In this document: in pieces, positions 1-13,664 of the stretch | How the letters are laid out: each line of letters begins with the position of its first letter | Position numbering within the stretch: the stretch's first letter is position 1 | Origin: Eledone cirrhosa | Lineage: Eukaryota | DNA length: 64,000 bases | Reading direction: 5' to 3' | NCBI GenBank assembly: GCA_964016885.1 | Contig: OZ024740.1 | Span: 247,380,001 to 247,444,000, forward strand | The notes under the pieces: model-generated | Seen by the model: only the letters and a program-made list of their open reading frames with translations | What the model was told of the DNA's origin: nothing | Database searches by the model: none | Made by a program: the position numbers and the translations under genes

Positions 1-37
1 GTGTACATGGGATATCAAGGAAAACAAAGATAAAAAA

Positions 38-1290
38 GTTCGATCTATATCGATCTCATCCGACTCTATAATCGGCAGTTCGACGTACCCTTTAAAATGC
101 TAGTAGAAAATGAATACATGCTATATGATAAAGTCAGAAGTTCATATGTTGGTCAATATGGATTGTTTTGATTGGTGGAATAGATCATAGGGATATTTCC
201 GCCTGTAGTGTATGTGGGGTGGATGTGATGATAAGATGGCGGTGACGGTCTGCGGCTGAGATGGGCTGTGGTGTGGGGGTGGTAGATTGTCGGTAGACAG
301 ATTGGCGTGTATTTGTAGCTGAATATTGTGTTTGGTGTGCGTGTGGTGTTGTTTATGGTAGTGGTGTTTAAATATTGTTGAACATATCATCCCATCGCTG
401 CCACCACCACCATGACCACACACATCGCTAAATGTTCACAACCTTGTTTTCCCCGTGTTCCCTGTCACTTTTTAACATGTAACCCATCTTATAATTGAAT
501 CCTGTATATTTTTTTGTCGCACACAACACCACCACCGCCACCACAAGGCACATCTCCATACTTCAACAATCATTAACATCATTAACATCACCAACACATA
601 CCTTCCCTCCCTAAACAACGCAAGTGTGTGTATCTGTGTGTAAGTATATTCGTATGTACAACGCCATCTCTATTGGCTCTCCCCCTCCCTCTATCTATGT
701 ACTACGCCATCCCCACTGACACTCCCCCCTCTCTCTACATATACACACACACATGTATGTGTGTGTATGTGTGTGTATGCGTATATATGTCAGTGTATAT
801 ATACGCATGTGTATGTATACAACGTTTTGTCAGACTAAGTGTCTCTAGGTATGTATCTCCTCATCGTATTTGACACCACTAACACATCCACCACATCACC
901 ATACACACCATTACCATAAACAACAACACCACACCCACACCACACAAAATAATCAGCTACAAATACACGCCAATCTGTCTACCGACAATCCACCAGACCC
1001 TCACCAAAGCCCATCCCAGCCTGCGACCGTCACCACCATCTTATCATCACATCCACCCCCACATACACTACAGGCGGAAATATCCCTATGATTTATTCCA
1101 CCAATCAAAACAATCCATATTGACCAACATATGAACTTCTGACTTTATCATATAGCATGTATTCATTTTCTACTAACATTTTAAGGGTACGTCGAGCTGC
1201 CGATTATAGAGTCGGGTAAGATCGATACAGATCGAACCTTGAGCTGATCAGTGGCGAACCGCGCGTCACCTAACAATAAATGTAATGAAG
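38..1290. mobile_element. Foldback element, probable non-autonomous PLE end: ~330-bp inverted arms (38-366 / 906-1237) followed by a degenerate hammerhead motif (~1239-1273)
   Basis: Arms are reverse complements. The right arm is followed by CTGATCA-GTGGC-GAAC-CGCGCG-TC and AATAAA; a (TA)n tract follows at ~1320. Confidence 0.6.
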
Positions 1291-1316
1291 GAGTAACCAA
1301 TCGTCCTTGTTATCTG

Positions 1317-1374
<58 letters not shown>

Positions 1375-1525
1375 TCCTCTTTCCTCCTCCTCCTTCAAGT
1401 TTGACCTGTGTGTAATTCTTTTCTCGCGCGGTCTTGGTCAAGCTGGTATGGAATTTTTTTTCTCTCTCTCTCTTTCGTCTGCGACTTCACAAAACTTATG
1501 TTTACCGAATTCGTAGACCAGACCC

Positions 1526-1634
1526 CTTCTTCTTCTTCTTCTTCTTCTTCTTCTTCTTCTTCTTCTTCTTCTTCTTCTTCTTCTTCTTCTTCTTCTTCTT
1601 CTTCTTCTTCTTCTTCTTCTTCTTCTTCTTCTTC
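1526..1634. repeat. (TTC)n microsatellite
   Basis: Pure TTC run; explains the poly-S/F/K ORFs. Confidence 0.98.
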
Positions 1635-1979
1635 TCTCCTTTTTCCCCCCTGTCAGACTTGTGCCAAATTCTTTCCTTGCTCACATTTCAACCAGGTTTG
1701 ATGGTCTTTTGTCTCTTGTTCACGATTTCACCGAGTTTATATTCATAGAGATCTGGGACTTATCTATTTCTTCTCCCTTTCTGTTGCTTAAACCTTTTTG
1801 TTTGTTACCCTGGCGTCCCCTTTGTTTACGTGTCCCAACGACTTTTTTTAGCCGTTGTTCGCACCAACCTGAGGCATATGGCCCTTAAAGCGATGAAATG
1901 CCTGGGACGGTTGGAGGGTGACTGATGAAGGACTTACTTTTTCATATGCCCAACCATTTGCAACGGGCAGCCTATTATT

Positions 1980-2061
<82 letters not shown>

Positions 2062-2066
<5 letters not shown>

Positions 2067-4290
2067 GTGGTTACACAACAGTAGTTCACCGTACGAGAAC
2101 AATTGTTGCACCGTAGCGCATCCTCAGCTCGTAATGGACATGGTTATAGGGAACGGGAAGGACAACCGTACGAACGCGAATGCGCAGAAACGGTCACTTT
2201 ACCCAGGCAATGCTAAATTGTATGCGAGAGTTGTAAGGGAGATAACTGCCAAAGTCCGAAAGTTTTAAGTTGATAAGAAAATTAGGGTGTTGTTGTAATT
2301 CAATCCGGAGCTTTGTAGTTATTAAGTGGTGTTTCCTGACGTGTGGACAACGTATGAAGAATTCATTTCTGGAGTTTAGCCAATCGCTATTGCGTAATCT
2401 CTTTAGAATACTTATTCGGTCATCTATACATAGTCCACACGACGGATTGCCCCTTGCGTATGGCTTGGACTTAGTGATGGCTTTCCATTGAATGGAGTAG
2501 TCTATACTTGAGTCCTTGAGGGACCATACGTTGCTCGCGAGTTTCGTGGATAAACGTTTGTCCGGGTACCTAAAGGTCTACTGGTGGTTCAGGAAGCGTT
2601 CTTTAAATCGGCCCTCCGCTATACCCACATAGGATTTGACCTCCTATGGTTGATTTTGGTCGGTTGGAAGTGACCACAGCTTCATAAACTAGAACTGGTG
2701 TGTTGCATTGCTGTTAAAGGGGACATGTTTCGGGCTTTCGGCAAGAGCACCCTGGTGAGGTGTTGCTCTTAGGGCTTCTGGTGATGGGGGCCTTCATGTT
2801 CTTAGCGCAGGAGTATCTTAGTTTTACTTTGTGTCGGTTTAAGATGGAGTGGTATTTATGACCTATGGGAAAGTTTCTATCTAAGAGAGCCAGAAATGTT
2901 TTGCCTACATTGGTTTTAACGTTGAGTGAGAAGGGAGGAGAGAACCAGATAGTTTGTCTATTGTAACGCTTTCTTTTCTTATTGCTGTTGTTGTTAGTGG
3001 GAGAGTAAGTGATAGTTTGCTAGAAGCCGCTGTTAGCTAACGCCGTGTTATAGTAGGGTTCCGCTTTGTCAAAGATAGCCTTATTAGAGAAGAGGTTTGA
3101 GATTCTAGTACTGATATTATTTACGAAATTTCTAAAAACAGTGGGAGGGTGGCATGAGTCCTTCTGAATGTAATTGAGTTTTTCGTGAAGCTCCTGGAAG
3201 GGTCTGTAGGTGTGTGTGTGAAGGTCTAAATTAATGTCTAAGAAATCTACGATAGAGAGGTTGGTAGCTACTGTTATCCTAAGTCCTAACTCATTGAAGG
3301 TAGAAGCTAAGTCTTTTCTAAACCGGTCGAGGTCGTGACCACTTTTATGACTCGATAAGGTCAGTCCATCATCTCGGTATATTCCCGTGTGGAAGTCCGG
3401 GAATCAAACACGTAATATGTCTAAAATAAATAGGTCAACCAAGTCGCATACGTCAGCACTGTCAAACGATCCCATGGAGATGTCGAATAGGTCTGAAGTT
3501 GTAGACTTCTTTGCCCAGGCTACTCCGTTGTTGAAGAGGGGGGTTTTCTGGCAGTGTGCGATGATCTCCGTCTAAAACATGGACGGTAGTGTAAGTGGTA
3601 GCAAAGTCCAACGCTATGTTTAACAGGGTCTCTGAGGTCGACAGGTAAAAATATACAATGTCAAACTGTGTGAACTTCGCTTTTTTGGATTTGAAGGAGT
3701 TAAACCACTTAATTATGGAGTCGCTGTTCTCCCACTGGGACAGGTTGGACTTGGCCCTAATGGTCTTAACTATGTTTCTAAGTATGGCCTTACTGCCTAG
3801 TCCCGTATCTGTGCGTGCCGGGTTTAGTAGTCTACATGTGGGGTTAGAAGTAAAGTCTTTACTTCTACTTTGTGATGTTTCAGGGTGAGGAACGCCTCCC
3901 GCTTAGCTAGAGATTGTAGCTTCTTATCTACCTTAAGGGCGGCGGCAAGTTCTTTGGCTTCTGTGTTAATGTCGTGGTAGGCCATGGGGTTAGCTTTCTT
4001 ATAATTGGAAGTAATAGCGTTATGTGCTAATGGCTGTGAGTGGTGTTGTCGACTTCGTAAACATTATTAGTTTTGTCCGAAAGAACGAAAGTGTTATTAG
4101 AAGACCTAAATTTCTTAATATCATTTCTAAGTTTAGTTTGAAAGGTGTTAGGGTGTTTGCGAAAGGAAATGTTAGCGACTAAGTCAAGAAGGTCCGCCTC
4201 GAAAGGAGCAAGTTCAGCTACCTGAGGAGGGTAGGCTCTCGATTTCAGGTTGAAGGTGTTATTGGTGCCTGTAATTTTGCCGTCAAAAGC
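2062..4290 (-). mobile_element. Decayed Penelope-like retroelement (RT + GIY-YIG endonuclease)
   Basis: Minus-strand fragments: SDKTNNVYEV N-terminal motif, GISMGSFDSADVCDL..GIYRDDGL RT core, CSCRKPETCPL..VYEAVVT..GIY-YIG region. Stops and frameshifts present. 3' end carries an HHR and abuts (TA)n. Confidence 0.9.
2092..2133 (-). ncRNA. Type I hammerhead ribozyme with one core mutation (GCAA for GAAA)
   Basis: TACGAG-CTGAGGA-TGCGCTACGGT-GCAA-CAATTG-TT-CTCGTA. Confidence 0.75.
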
Positions 4291-4469
4291 TAGGGCTCGC
4301 CATCTTCCGCTTCTTGTAGGAGAAGCTTTTGGTAAACATGGTTGGAGGGCGTGGGAATGTTCTACAGGGAGTAATCCAGTTCGTATAAATCCATACTGAC
4401 GTTGATGAGACACAGAATTGTGTAGGACACAAGGATAGAGGGAGCGCACACAGGGTAGGAAGTCAATTA

Positions 4470-5105
4470 CAGGCACCAATAACACCTTCAACCGGAAATC
4501 GAGAGCCTACCCTCCTAAGGTAACTGAACTTGCTCCTTTAGGGAACTGCTCCTAAGTTAACTGAACTTGCGCATCTTTATCTATATTTTTTCATTTGACT
4601 TTTACCCCCCCCCCCCCCCTATTTTCTACCATACCTTTAACACATACACACCCACCACCTTCATCCTGTACTCTACCTTTATCCAGATCACTTTTAACTA
4701 TATACCCTTATCCAGATCTCTTCACAAACACTTACCCGCTACCACAACTTATACACCACCATTCTCCCTTTTCTCCCTCACCTTTTCATATATATATCGC
4801 TATTTCAGAGCACCAATTCTAATTTTCAATTTCTGCTTGACCGGCAACCGCTCTGTATAATCAGTTCCTGATTATTACTAGAATTCTATAAGAATCAAAC
4901 ATTCATGATTTTCAGCAGACAGGTGGAGTACTTAGCTTTGATAAGTACCAAAAAGTACGAAACAGGGCTGTGTCTGCTTTATCTCCCCCTGTTTGCTGAA
5001 AATTTAAAGTTAGTGAGAATGTCACTACTCTAAAACAATAGCGTAAGGTCTTCGAAATGCTTTTAATTAAGCATACAGTGTATTGCAAAATACACTATAT
5101 ATACA

Positions 5106-5110
<5 letters not shown>
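4470..5110 (+). mobile_element. Inverted PLE fragment plus pseudo-LTR-like 3' end with degenerate HHR (4938-4978)
   Basis: ~4470-4540 is the reverse complement of ~4200-4270. Motif TTGATAA-GTAC-CAAAAA-GTAC-GAAA-CAGGGCTG. Tail 4990-5110 resembles 49890-50000. Confidence 0.6.
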
Positions 5111-5196
<86 letters not shown>

Positions 5197-5426
5197 CAAA
5201 ATTTCTTTTGGGGTGTTAGGAGGCGTCAGTCATCTTACCATCCCATTCCTTCTAACTGGCCTCTATGTCACGTGATTGATTCTTTAGAATCGGACATTTG
5301 ACTGGAAGCAGTGAGAATTTCAGTACATAGAATCCAGTCCTCGCCTAGCTGTTCTTTCTACCGAATTATTATTTTTATATGAGCCGCTAGTGTCCGCGCA
5401 TTGCCTGGAGGCTCAGCTGAGAATAG

Positions 5427-5508
5427 ACTCCCTGATGACGCAATGAATTCTCGACAGTTGGATTATGTAACTGTCTTTATCCCATTGCAGAAACTAATTA
5501 GTTGGAGT
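5427..5508 (+). ncRNA. Type I hammerhead ribozyme, copy 1
   Basis: Stem I ACTCC/GGAGT, CTGATGA, stem II GCAATG/CATTGC with inner GACAGTT/AACTGTC hairpin, GAAA, palindromic CTAATTAG, GUU triplet. Confidence 0.88.
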
Positions 5509-5980
5509 GAAAATTTAAGTAAGTAAGTAAAAAATTTTTTAAAAAATTTTTTAAAAAATATTTTCTTATTTTACGTCTTTTATATTATTGTTCTGCACCC
5601 TCCTGCATTGAACCACCTAGGTACTATGACATAACCTGTGTATTTGCTGGCATGGACGTGCATCTGTGCGCCTATGTTAGTTGATATATTAAATTATCTA
5701 TATTTATCTCCAAATCACTGATTTGTCGAGCAAACCTGCCAAAACCACTTCAAAATTTCTTTTGGGGTGTTAGTAGGCGTCAGTCATCTTACCATCCCAT
5801 TCCTTCTAACTGGCCTCTATGTCACGTGATTGATTCTTTAGAATCGGACATTTGACTGGAAGCAGTGAGAATTTCAGTACATAGAATCCAGTCCTCGCCT
5901 AGCTGTTCTTTCTACCGAATTATTATTTTTATATGAGCCGCTAGTGTCCGCGCATTGCCTGGAGGCTCAGCTGAGAATAG

Positions 5981-6062
5981 ACTCCCTGATGACGCAATGA
6001 ATTCTCGACAGTTGGATTATGTAACTGTCTTTATCCCATTGCAGAAACTAATTAGTTGGAGT
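5981..6062 (+). ncRNA. Type I hammerhead ribozyme, copy 2
   Basis: Same sequence as 5427-5508. Confidence 0.88.
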
Positions 6063-6533
6063 GAAAATTTAAGTAAGTAAGTAAAAAATTTTAAAAAAAT
6101 TTTTTAAAAAATATTTTCTTATTTTACGTCTTTTATATTATTGTTCTGCACCCTCCTGCATTGAACCACCTAGGTACTATGACATAACCTGTGTATTTGC
6201 TGGCATGGACGTGCATCTGTGCGCCTATGTTAGTTGATATATTAAATTATCTATATTTATCTCCAAATCACTGATTTGTCGAGCAAACCTGCCAAAACCA
6301 CTTCAAAATTTCTTTTGGGGTGTTAGTAGGCGTCAGTCATCTTACCATCCCATTCCTTCTAACTGGCCTCTATGTCACGTGATTGATTCTTTAGAATCGG
6401 ACATTTGACTGGAAGCAGTGAGAATTTCAGTACATAGAATCCAGTCCTCGCCTAGCTGTTCTTTCTACCGAATTATTATTTTTATATGAGCCGCTAGTGT
6501 CCGCGCATTGCCTGGAGGCTCAGCTGAGAATAG

Positions 6534-6615
6534 ACTCCCTGATGACGCAATGAATTCTCGACAGTTGGATTATGTAACTGTCTTTATCCCATTGCAGAAA
6601 CTAATTAGTTGGAGT
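6534..6615 (+). ncRNA. Type I hammerhead ribozyme, copy 3
   Basis: Same sequence as 5427-5508. Confidence 0.88.
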
Positions 6616-6686
6616 GAAAATTTAAGTAAGTAAGTAAAAAATTTTTAAAAAATTTTTTAAAAAATATTTTCTTATTTTACGTCTTT

Positions 6687-7035
<349 letters not shown>

Positions 7036-7039
7036 ATAA

Positions 7040-7965
7040 AATTGCAGGTTTCAAGAACTATTAGTTAAAATATATAGTCTTTCCTATCCCTAGTTCGTAT
7101 AAATCAACCACATAAATAATCATTTAAACGAGGCTATAAGCTCTGATTAATGATTATTTGCTTAATTAATTCTTCAATGAGCCACACCCTGAAAGGTAGC
7201 CACACTCATATATGTATCTGTGACTATGTCTAAATATATACATATATCCCTATGAATTTAATATATATTCCCGTTAGGTAGAGTAACACTTTAGGTAGTA
7301 TATGGCTGCACTTTCTAGAAACTAGCCTACTCGCCGTCTGGCAACCAATCACAATCTTCTGCCTCGACCACTAGTCACGTGATGATTCTTAGCCATTTTT
7401 GAATTAATTTCTGGCGGGGATCACGGTAGAATTTTAGTCCAGACTCGAGGCGTCTCTTGATATGTTCCAAGCCTCATGGATAGGTCCAGGATCAGATATA
7501 TCCGCATAAAAGGATCGAAACTGCCGGTAATCGAGACTAGATGAATTTTGGTAAAGTTTATATGCATTTTTCCTTCAAACTTCTATTTTAGACCTAACTC
7601 CGTTTAGTTGATTATTTGTCTAGTTAATTTCTATGGGCTAAGTGGAATGACTAGATAAATTTTATCTGGCTGTTCCTCGCGGAAAATAGTCTGTATCATT
7701 TGTCTATTATTTCTTCATAGTTACATTTTATACTTATAGACTCGTTTAAATTTATCTGGTTGATTTATACGGACTAGGGAGAGGAAAGACTGGGTATATT
7801 GTATCTAATAGTTCTCCAAACTTGCAATTTTATATATAGCTCATATTAATAATTATTTGCTTAATTAATTCTTCATTGAGCCACACCGTGAACGGTAGCC
7901 ACAGTCATATATGTATCTGTGATTATGTCTAAATATATACATATATGCCTATGATTTTAATATGT
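7040..7965 (+). mobile_element. Non-coding ~700-bp partial tandem with inverted 5' piece and degenerate HHR (7452-7537)
   Basis: 7141-7265 repeats at 7839-7963; 7040-7140 is the reverse complement of 7733-7832. Motif GTCTC-TTGATAT-GTTCC..GGATC-GAAA-CTGCCGGTAA-TC-GAGAC. Confidence 0.65.
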
Positions 7966-8150
7966 ATATATGTATATATATATACCCTATTTATATGCTA
8001 TATATATATATATATATAAATATATATGCCATAAATTTATCATATTTTAATATATATTCTCTCTCTATATATATATGTACATATATATACATATATATAT
8101 ATATATATGCCATAAATATATCATATATTAATATATATTCTCTATGTATT

Positions 8151-8184
<34 letters not shown>

Positions 8185-8189
8185 GATCG

Positions 8190-8398
8190 ATCAACTTTCG
8201 TCAAATCGGACCGAGGAAACAATGTTCCCGCTGGTCTTTCCAGCTGCTAGTACTATCTATCGGTAGCAACTCCAGGTAGAAGGAGCAACGTGAAATAAAG
8301 TGTCTTGCTGAAGGACATAACGCATCGCCCGGTCTAGGAATCGAACTCACAATCTCAAGATTGTGAATCCAATTCTCTAACCACTCAGCCACACGCCT
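8190..8398 (-). mobile_element. tRNA-derived SINE
   Basis: A box TGGCTGAGTGG, B box GTTCGATTCC, followed by a TGTCCTTCAGCAAGACACTT conserved-domain-like segment. Confidence 0.75.
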
Positions 8399-8410
8399 TA
8401 TATATATATA

Positions 8411-9085
8411 TGGAAAAGAATGAATTGAAATTCCATTTCTCACTCTTAGTATGGCTGATACTTAAATGTAAGTATGTATACGTACATACATATATGTATA
8501 CAGACGTACAGTAGTATGTATATATATACATACATGCACACACATATATATATGTACGTATGTGTTTACGGAATATTTGTTATAATGCTCAGTTTGTTTG
8601 TAAACAAACATCCCGAATTAAGCCGTACAGTGTTCGGCAAACATCGTCGCCCTTTTGTTCAACCCTGACAAAGGAACGATGAAGTAGTTTCAAGCTTATT
8701 AGCTATCGTCAGCATCGTATACCTTCCTGCCAGATGATTGAACGTTTGAAAGTATATACTTTCCTTATGCATATTAACGGCTGAGCAGCCTAATTTGCAT
8801 ATTGAGTGAGTCGGCCGGGCGTACCGAAAGCGATAAATGGAAAAGAATGAAATGAAATTTCATTTCTCACTCATTACATAGTACTGTACGTCTGTATACA
8901 TATATGTATGTACGTATACATACTTACATTTAAGTATCAAACGTACTAAGAGTGAGAAATTTCATTTCATTTCATTCTTTTCCATTTATCGATTTCAGTA
9001 CGCCCAGCCGACTAACTTACTCTATATGCAAATTAGGCTGCTCAGCCGTTAATATGCATAAGGAAAGTATATACTTTCAAACGTT
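8411..9085 (-). mobile_element. ~430-443-bp HHR family, locus 1 (minus monomer 8411-8872 plus inverted piece 8876-9085)
   Basis: Homologous to 10478-11190 and 60481-61090. HHR at 8676-8718 (-): ACGATG-CTGACGA-TAGCTAATAAGCTT-GAAA-CTAC-TT-CATCGT. Confidence 0.8.
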
Positions 9086-9195
9086 AACAAGTAACAACTG
9101 TAATGGATTATTTTGTATTTATGTATGCCTATATATATGCCTATATATATATATGCCTATATATATATATGCATATATATACACACACACACACA

Positions 9196-9329
<134 letters not shown>

Positions 9330-9589
9330 AAACGAGGAAGTTTCATTTACATGTGGAAAACATTTATTGCGCATCGACCTGTTATATAGATAAATGTAAT
9401 CTGTGTTTTTCGAATATTAATAATAACATTCGATTCGTTTGCAATTATGCAAATAAGCCTCATTTTTAAAGCCATGTCAGTAGAATGAACCCTTCATTCT
9501 TGCTCTTGTGTTGGCATGTAAACAGACCTAGGTACTAATGTTTCTGGGTTTCACCCTTAATCAGTACAGCTCACTGTTCACCAGCCAAC

Positions 9590-10465
9590 TGTCAGGGAAA
9601 ATATACGCTAGTCGTGGTTTCCTCAACAAGGTTCCGTGTCTCTGATACTGTAGATGGGGATGGAGGATGGAACCTCTACTATTCAGATGTGGCGCCAGAA
9701 ATGACTGCACAGGCGGGAGTAGGGATACTTTCAAGCCCCCGGCTGTCAGAATGTGTTATGGACTGGATCCCGTTTGGAGGGAGGATTTGGCTCCTGAAGC
9801 TCAGGCTGGAAGATAGTTCTTTGCGTGTGGTGCAAGTTTATGCACCAAACAATAAGTCCAAATGCAGGTCCTTTCTTGATGAAATCACTGCAGTCATATA
9901 TCCAGATGGGAGACTTCAGTGCTGATGTTGGCGCTGACCTCCTGACATGGAAAGGATTGATTGAAAGGAAAGGTGACCACGATCTAAATACGAATAGAGA
10001 GGCTTTACTAGACTTCTGTTCTAACAATGAACTCTCTATTATGAACACCTTCTGCCAGCACAGAGACATCCATAAATATACATGGTATAAGGGGAATTAG
10101 GGATCAATAATTGATTTTGTTATTGTCTCTGATCTCTTCGATCCTGTGCTGGATGTTCCTGTTAAGAGAGATACTGAGCTGTCAACTGATCACCATCTAA
10201 CTACCTGCAACTTGAGGTTACCTAAAGCCAAAGCAGCTCACTAAACTGGCAGGTCCGGAACGAAAAGGCTTGGTGTGGCGGCAGTTGGCAGGAAGACCCC
10301 TTGGTTCAACCAAGAGGTCAAAGATGCCATCCGAGCAAAGAAGAAGGCTTACACAGCTTGGCTTGCAAACAAGTCCTCCTTCTTGCACTTGCAGTACAAG
10401 CATGCACGGCGAATCACAGCAGAAACAGTAAAGGCGTCTAAAGACATGGCTGGACTTTGGGGTTA
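9590..10465 (+). pseudogene. Degraded LINE (RTE-like) AP-endonuclease fragment
   Basis: GWNLYYS..AQAGVGIL..VVQVYAPN; MGDFSADVG; LLDFCSNNELSIMNTF..HKYTW; IDFV; STDHHL. Frameshifted. Confidence 0.85.
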
Positions 10466-10477
10466 AGCTAGAATTAA

Positions 10478-10604
10478 GTGTTGAACAAATGAGCAACGAT
10501 GGTTGCTAGACACTGTACGGCTTAATTCGGGATGTTTGTTTACAAACACACCGAGCATTATAATAAATGTTCGGTGAATCCATACATATATATATGTGTG
10601 CATG

Positions 10605-10642
<38 letters not shown>

Positions 10643-11190
10643 CTATTGTACGTCTGTATACATATATGTATGTACGTATACATACTTATATTTAAGTAAC
10701 AGCCGTACTAAGAGTGAGAAATGAAATTTCGTTTCATTTTTTCCGTTTATTGTTTTCGGTACCCCGGCCGATTAACTCACTCGATATGCAAATTAGGCTG
10801 CTCAGCCGTTAATATGCATAAGGAAAGTAAATACTTTAAGACGTTCAACCATCTGGCAGGAAGGTATACGTTACTGACGATAGCTAATAAGCTTGAAACT
10901 AGTACAACGTTCCTTTGTCAGTGTTGAACAAATGAGCAACGATGGTTGCTAGACACTGTACAGCTTAATTCGGGATGTTTGTTTACAAACCCACCGAGCA
11001 TTATAATAAATGTTCGGTGAATCCATACGTACATATATGTATGTGTGCATGTATGTATATATATATATATATATATATACATACTACTGTACGTCTGTAT
11101 ACACATATGTATGTACGTATACATACTTATATTTAAGTAACAGCCGTACTAAGAGTGAGAAATGAAATTACGCTTCATTTTTTTCCGTTT
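10478..11190 (+). mobile_element. ~430-443-bp HHR family, locus 2 (1.6 tandem monomers)
   Basis: GTGTTGAACAAATGAGC at 10478 and 10921 (period 443); ends in CATTTTTTCCGTTT then (TA)n. Confidence 0.85.
10868..10910 (+). ncRNA. Minimal type I hammerhead ribozyme
   Basis: ACGTTA-CTGACGA-TAGCT-AATA-AGCTT-GAAA-CTAG-TA-CAACGT. Confidence 0.85.
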
Positions 11191-11205
11191 ATATATATAT
11201 ATATA

Positions 11206-12171
11206 TATTGTTATACTTGGGGAGGGTCATATTTGCGTAATATTGCCAGAATTAATAACAGAACACACTCACTGTTTGGTTGGTTTTCGCTTCTCGCTGT
11301 CTTTTATATCTGCGATCTAACTTACTCGGTCCTCAATGTTGCCATTGACTGACCGACGGTCAAAAATAATACAGATACAATATAGACACAAACACATATA
11401 TATAGTTTACATAATTTACATAAATCTTTCGTTGCACATCTGCAACATCGTCAGTGGTGTTATATTCTTTGTTCCTCCTGTTGTGTTGTATGTCTACGCC
11501 ATTTTTTATTCAGTCTGTCTATATATTTATTTATTTATTTGCTTGTTTGTTTATTTTATTTTATTTTGTCTTCTTTGCGCATGCGTTTGCGTGTGTGTAT
11601 AGTGTTATATGTGCTGTGTGACTAGTGTGTACAGTGTTGTGTCTGCTGGGTGACTAGTGTGTGTTTATGTGCTTGTTGTTATTGTGCTTGTGTATGTATT
11701 TATTTATCTTATTTTATTTTATTTACTTATTTATTTATTTTATTTACTTTTTACAAAATAAAATAAAATAAACAAACAAGCAAATAAATAAATAAATATA
11801 TAGACAGACTGAATAAAAAATGGCGTAGACATACAACACAACAGGAGGAACAAAGAATATAACACCACTGACGATGTTGCAGATGTGCAACGAAAGATTT
11901 ATGTAAATTATGTAAACTATATATATGTGTTTGTGTCTATATTGTATCTGTATTATTTTTGACCGTCGGTCAGTCAATGGCAACATTGAGGACCGAGTAA
12001 GTTAGATCGCAGATATAAAAGACAGCGAGAAGCGAAAACCAACCAAACAGTGAGTGTGTTCTGTTATTAATTCTGGCAATATTACGCAAATATGACCCTC
12101 CCCAAGTATAACAATATCTGTTTCGACACACGATTTCATATAAAAAACCTCGCTAAACTAATTCATCGCCG

Positions 12172-12172
<1 letters not shown>
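11206..12172. mobile_element. Foldback element with ~360-bp apparently identical inverted arms (11206-11569 / 11753-12117)
   Basis: Both strands give the same 78-aa translation. GGAGGGTCAT terminus shared with 15435-16390, 55160-55500 and 60240-60390. Confidence 0.85.
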
Positions 12173-12211
<39 letters not shown>

Positions 12212-12233
12212 GTATGGTTAAAAAGTTCCATAT

Positions 12234-12301
12234 ATTTTATTATGCGTATTTCGAAAACAACATCATCCTGCGACAAAAATTGTGTTCTCATCGGATAAAA
12301 T
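12234..12301 (-). ncRNA. Type I hammerhead ribozyme (CCGATGA core variant)
   Basis: Inverted copy of 14511-14578. Confidence 0.7.
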
Positions 12302-12314
12302 AAGGTAACATGAT

Positions 12315-13664
12315 ATGAGGCCTAAAAACACTTGTCAACAGGAAAGTGTCTCTAATTGTAACAAAGTAAACTTTAATATTATTAAGAAAAATATACTTGA
12401 TCTATTTAAGCATCTTAACTTAAAAATTGAATTCGAGAATAATGATAAATTAGCAAATTTCTTTGATATATCCCTTAATCTAGATACCGGGTTATATTAC
12501 CCATATCATAAGGATAATAAGAACTTAAATTACGTTAACTTTAAATCTAACCACCCTAATAATGTTAAAACTGCTATAGTCAGAAGTGTAGAAAAAAGAA
12601 TTTCTAATTTATCCTCTAATAAACATATCTTCGAAGCTAATGCCAACTATTATAATAATGCGCTATCTAGGACTGGATATCCAGACAAAAGTAGGTATAC
12701 TAATCATGGCAGAGCTTATAGTAACTCTAGTAATGTAGCTAGTAATAATCATACCACTAAGAAAAGGAGGAGACCTAGATATAAAAATATCCTTTGGTAC
12801 AACTATCCTTTCTTTCTTTCCGTTATTAATAATATCCCTAAATTATTTTTTAGAGCTTTATATAACAGCTTCCCTCCTTTACATATATATAGCAAGATTT
12901 TCAATAAGCATACTATTAAATTCTCATATTGCACTACTTCGAACATCTCTAAAATTATCTCAAGACATAATTCTAAAATATTAAATAATAACTCATATGC
13001 ATCCAACCATGAGAGTCATGATAATAACACTATAAGGCCCGAGGTCAATGTAAACTCAAGGCAATATGACACAAATATAAATACGACGTCAAACGTAACT
13101 TTGAGGAATACATCAAATAGTAATGTAAATCTGGAAACTTTAGCACCTCCTTTAGTTAATTCTACCACTCCAGTTCCTAATATAATTAATCCTGGGCCAC
13201 TTGCCAATAACACTGTGAATAATCTTAATCGTAAATGCAACTGCCCTTTTAGAACTAATTGCCTTCTTAGTAATTTCTGTCTCCATAAAAACCTAGTAAA
13301 CGAATGTAAAGTGGTAACTAGTACTAATACCTATACCTACATTAGCTCTACTTCTACCTCTTTTAAAGCAAGATTCCACAATCATTCTTCTACATTTAAA
13401 TATCCACTTAAAAGGACCAACACCACACTCTCAGAACTTATTTGGTCCTTAAAAGACAAAAACATTAATTACGAAATTTCTTGGCGTAAAATCTACAACG
13501 CTTCTCCATACTCAAATGCTTCCATATCTAGTGTTTGTAATTTATATCTAGTTGAAAAATCTACCATTATCTCGAATTTCAACTCAATAATAAATAGAAG
13601 AACAGATTTATTTGGTCTTTGCAATCATAAATCCTACAAGACATTTTACAAAGTATATAGCTAA
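12315..13664 (+). pseudogene. PLE RT C-terminus + GIY-YIG endonuclease (truncated ORF, 449 aa)
   Basis: NFFDISLNL..YYPYHK..YVNFKSNHP; CNCP..CL..YISSTSTSFKARFHNH..CNLYLVEK. RT catalytic core missing; the ATG lies inside the inverted LTR. Confidence 0.88.

Noticed and set aside
1862-1950. Hammerhead candidates (CTGAGGC..GAAA; CTGATGA at 1922)
   Set aside because: Core or stems incomplete; no consistent GAAA/stem III/UH arrangement.
1307-2116. ORFs with poly-YI, poly-S, poly-F, poly-K (and similar poly-HT/CV ORFs throughout)
   Set aside because: Translations of (TA)n, (TTC)n and (CA)n microsatellites.
8320-8398. tRNA gene
   Set aside because: A and B boxes are present, but the acceptor stem is poor and it continues into a SINE body.
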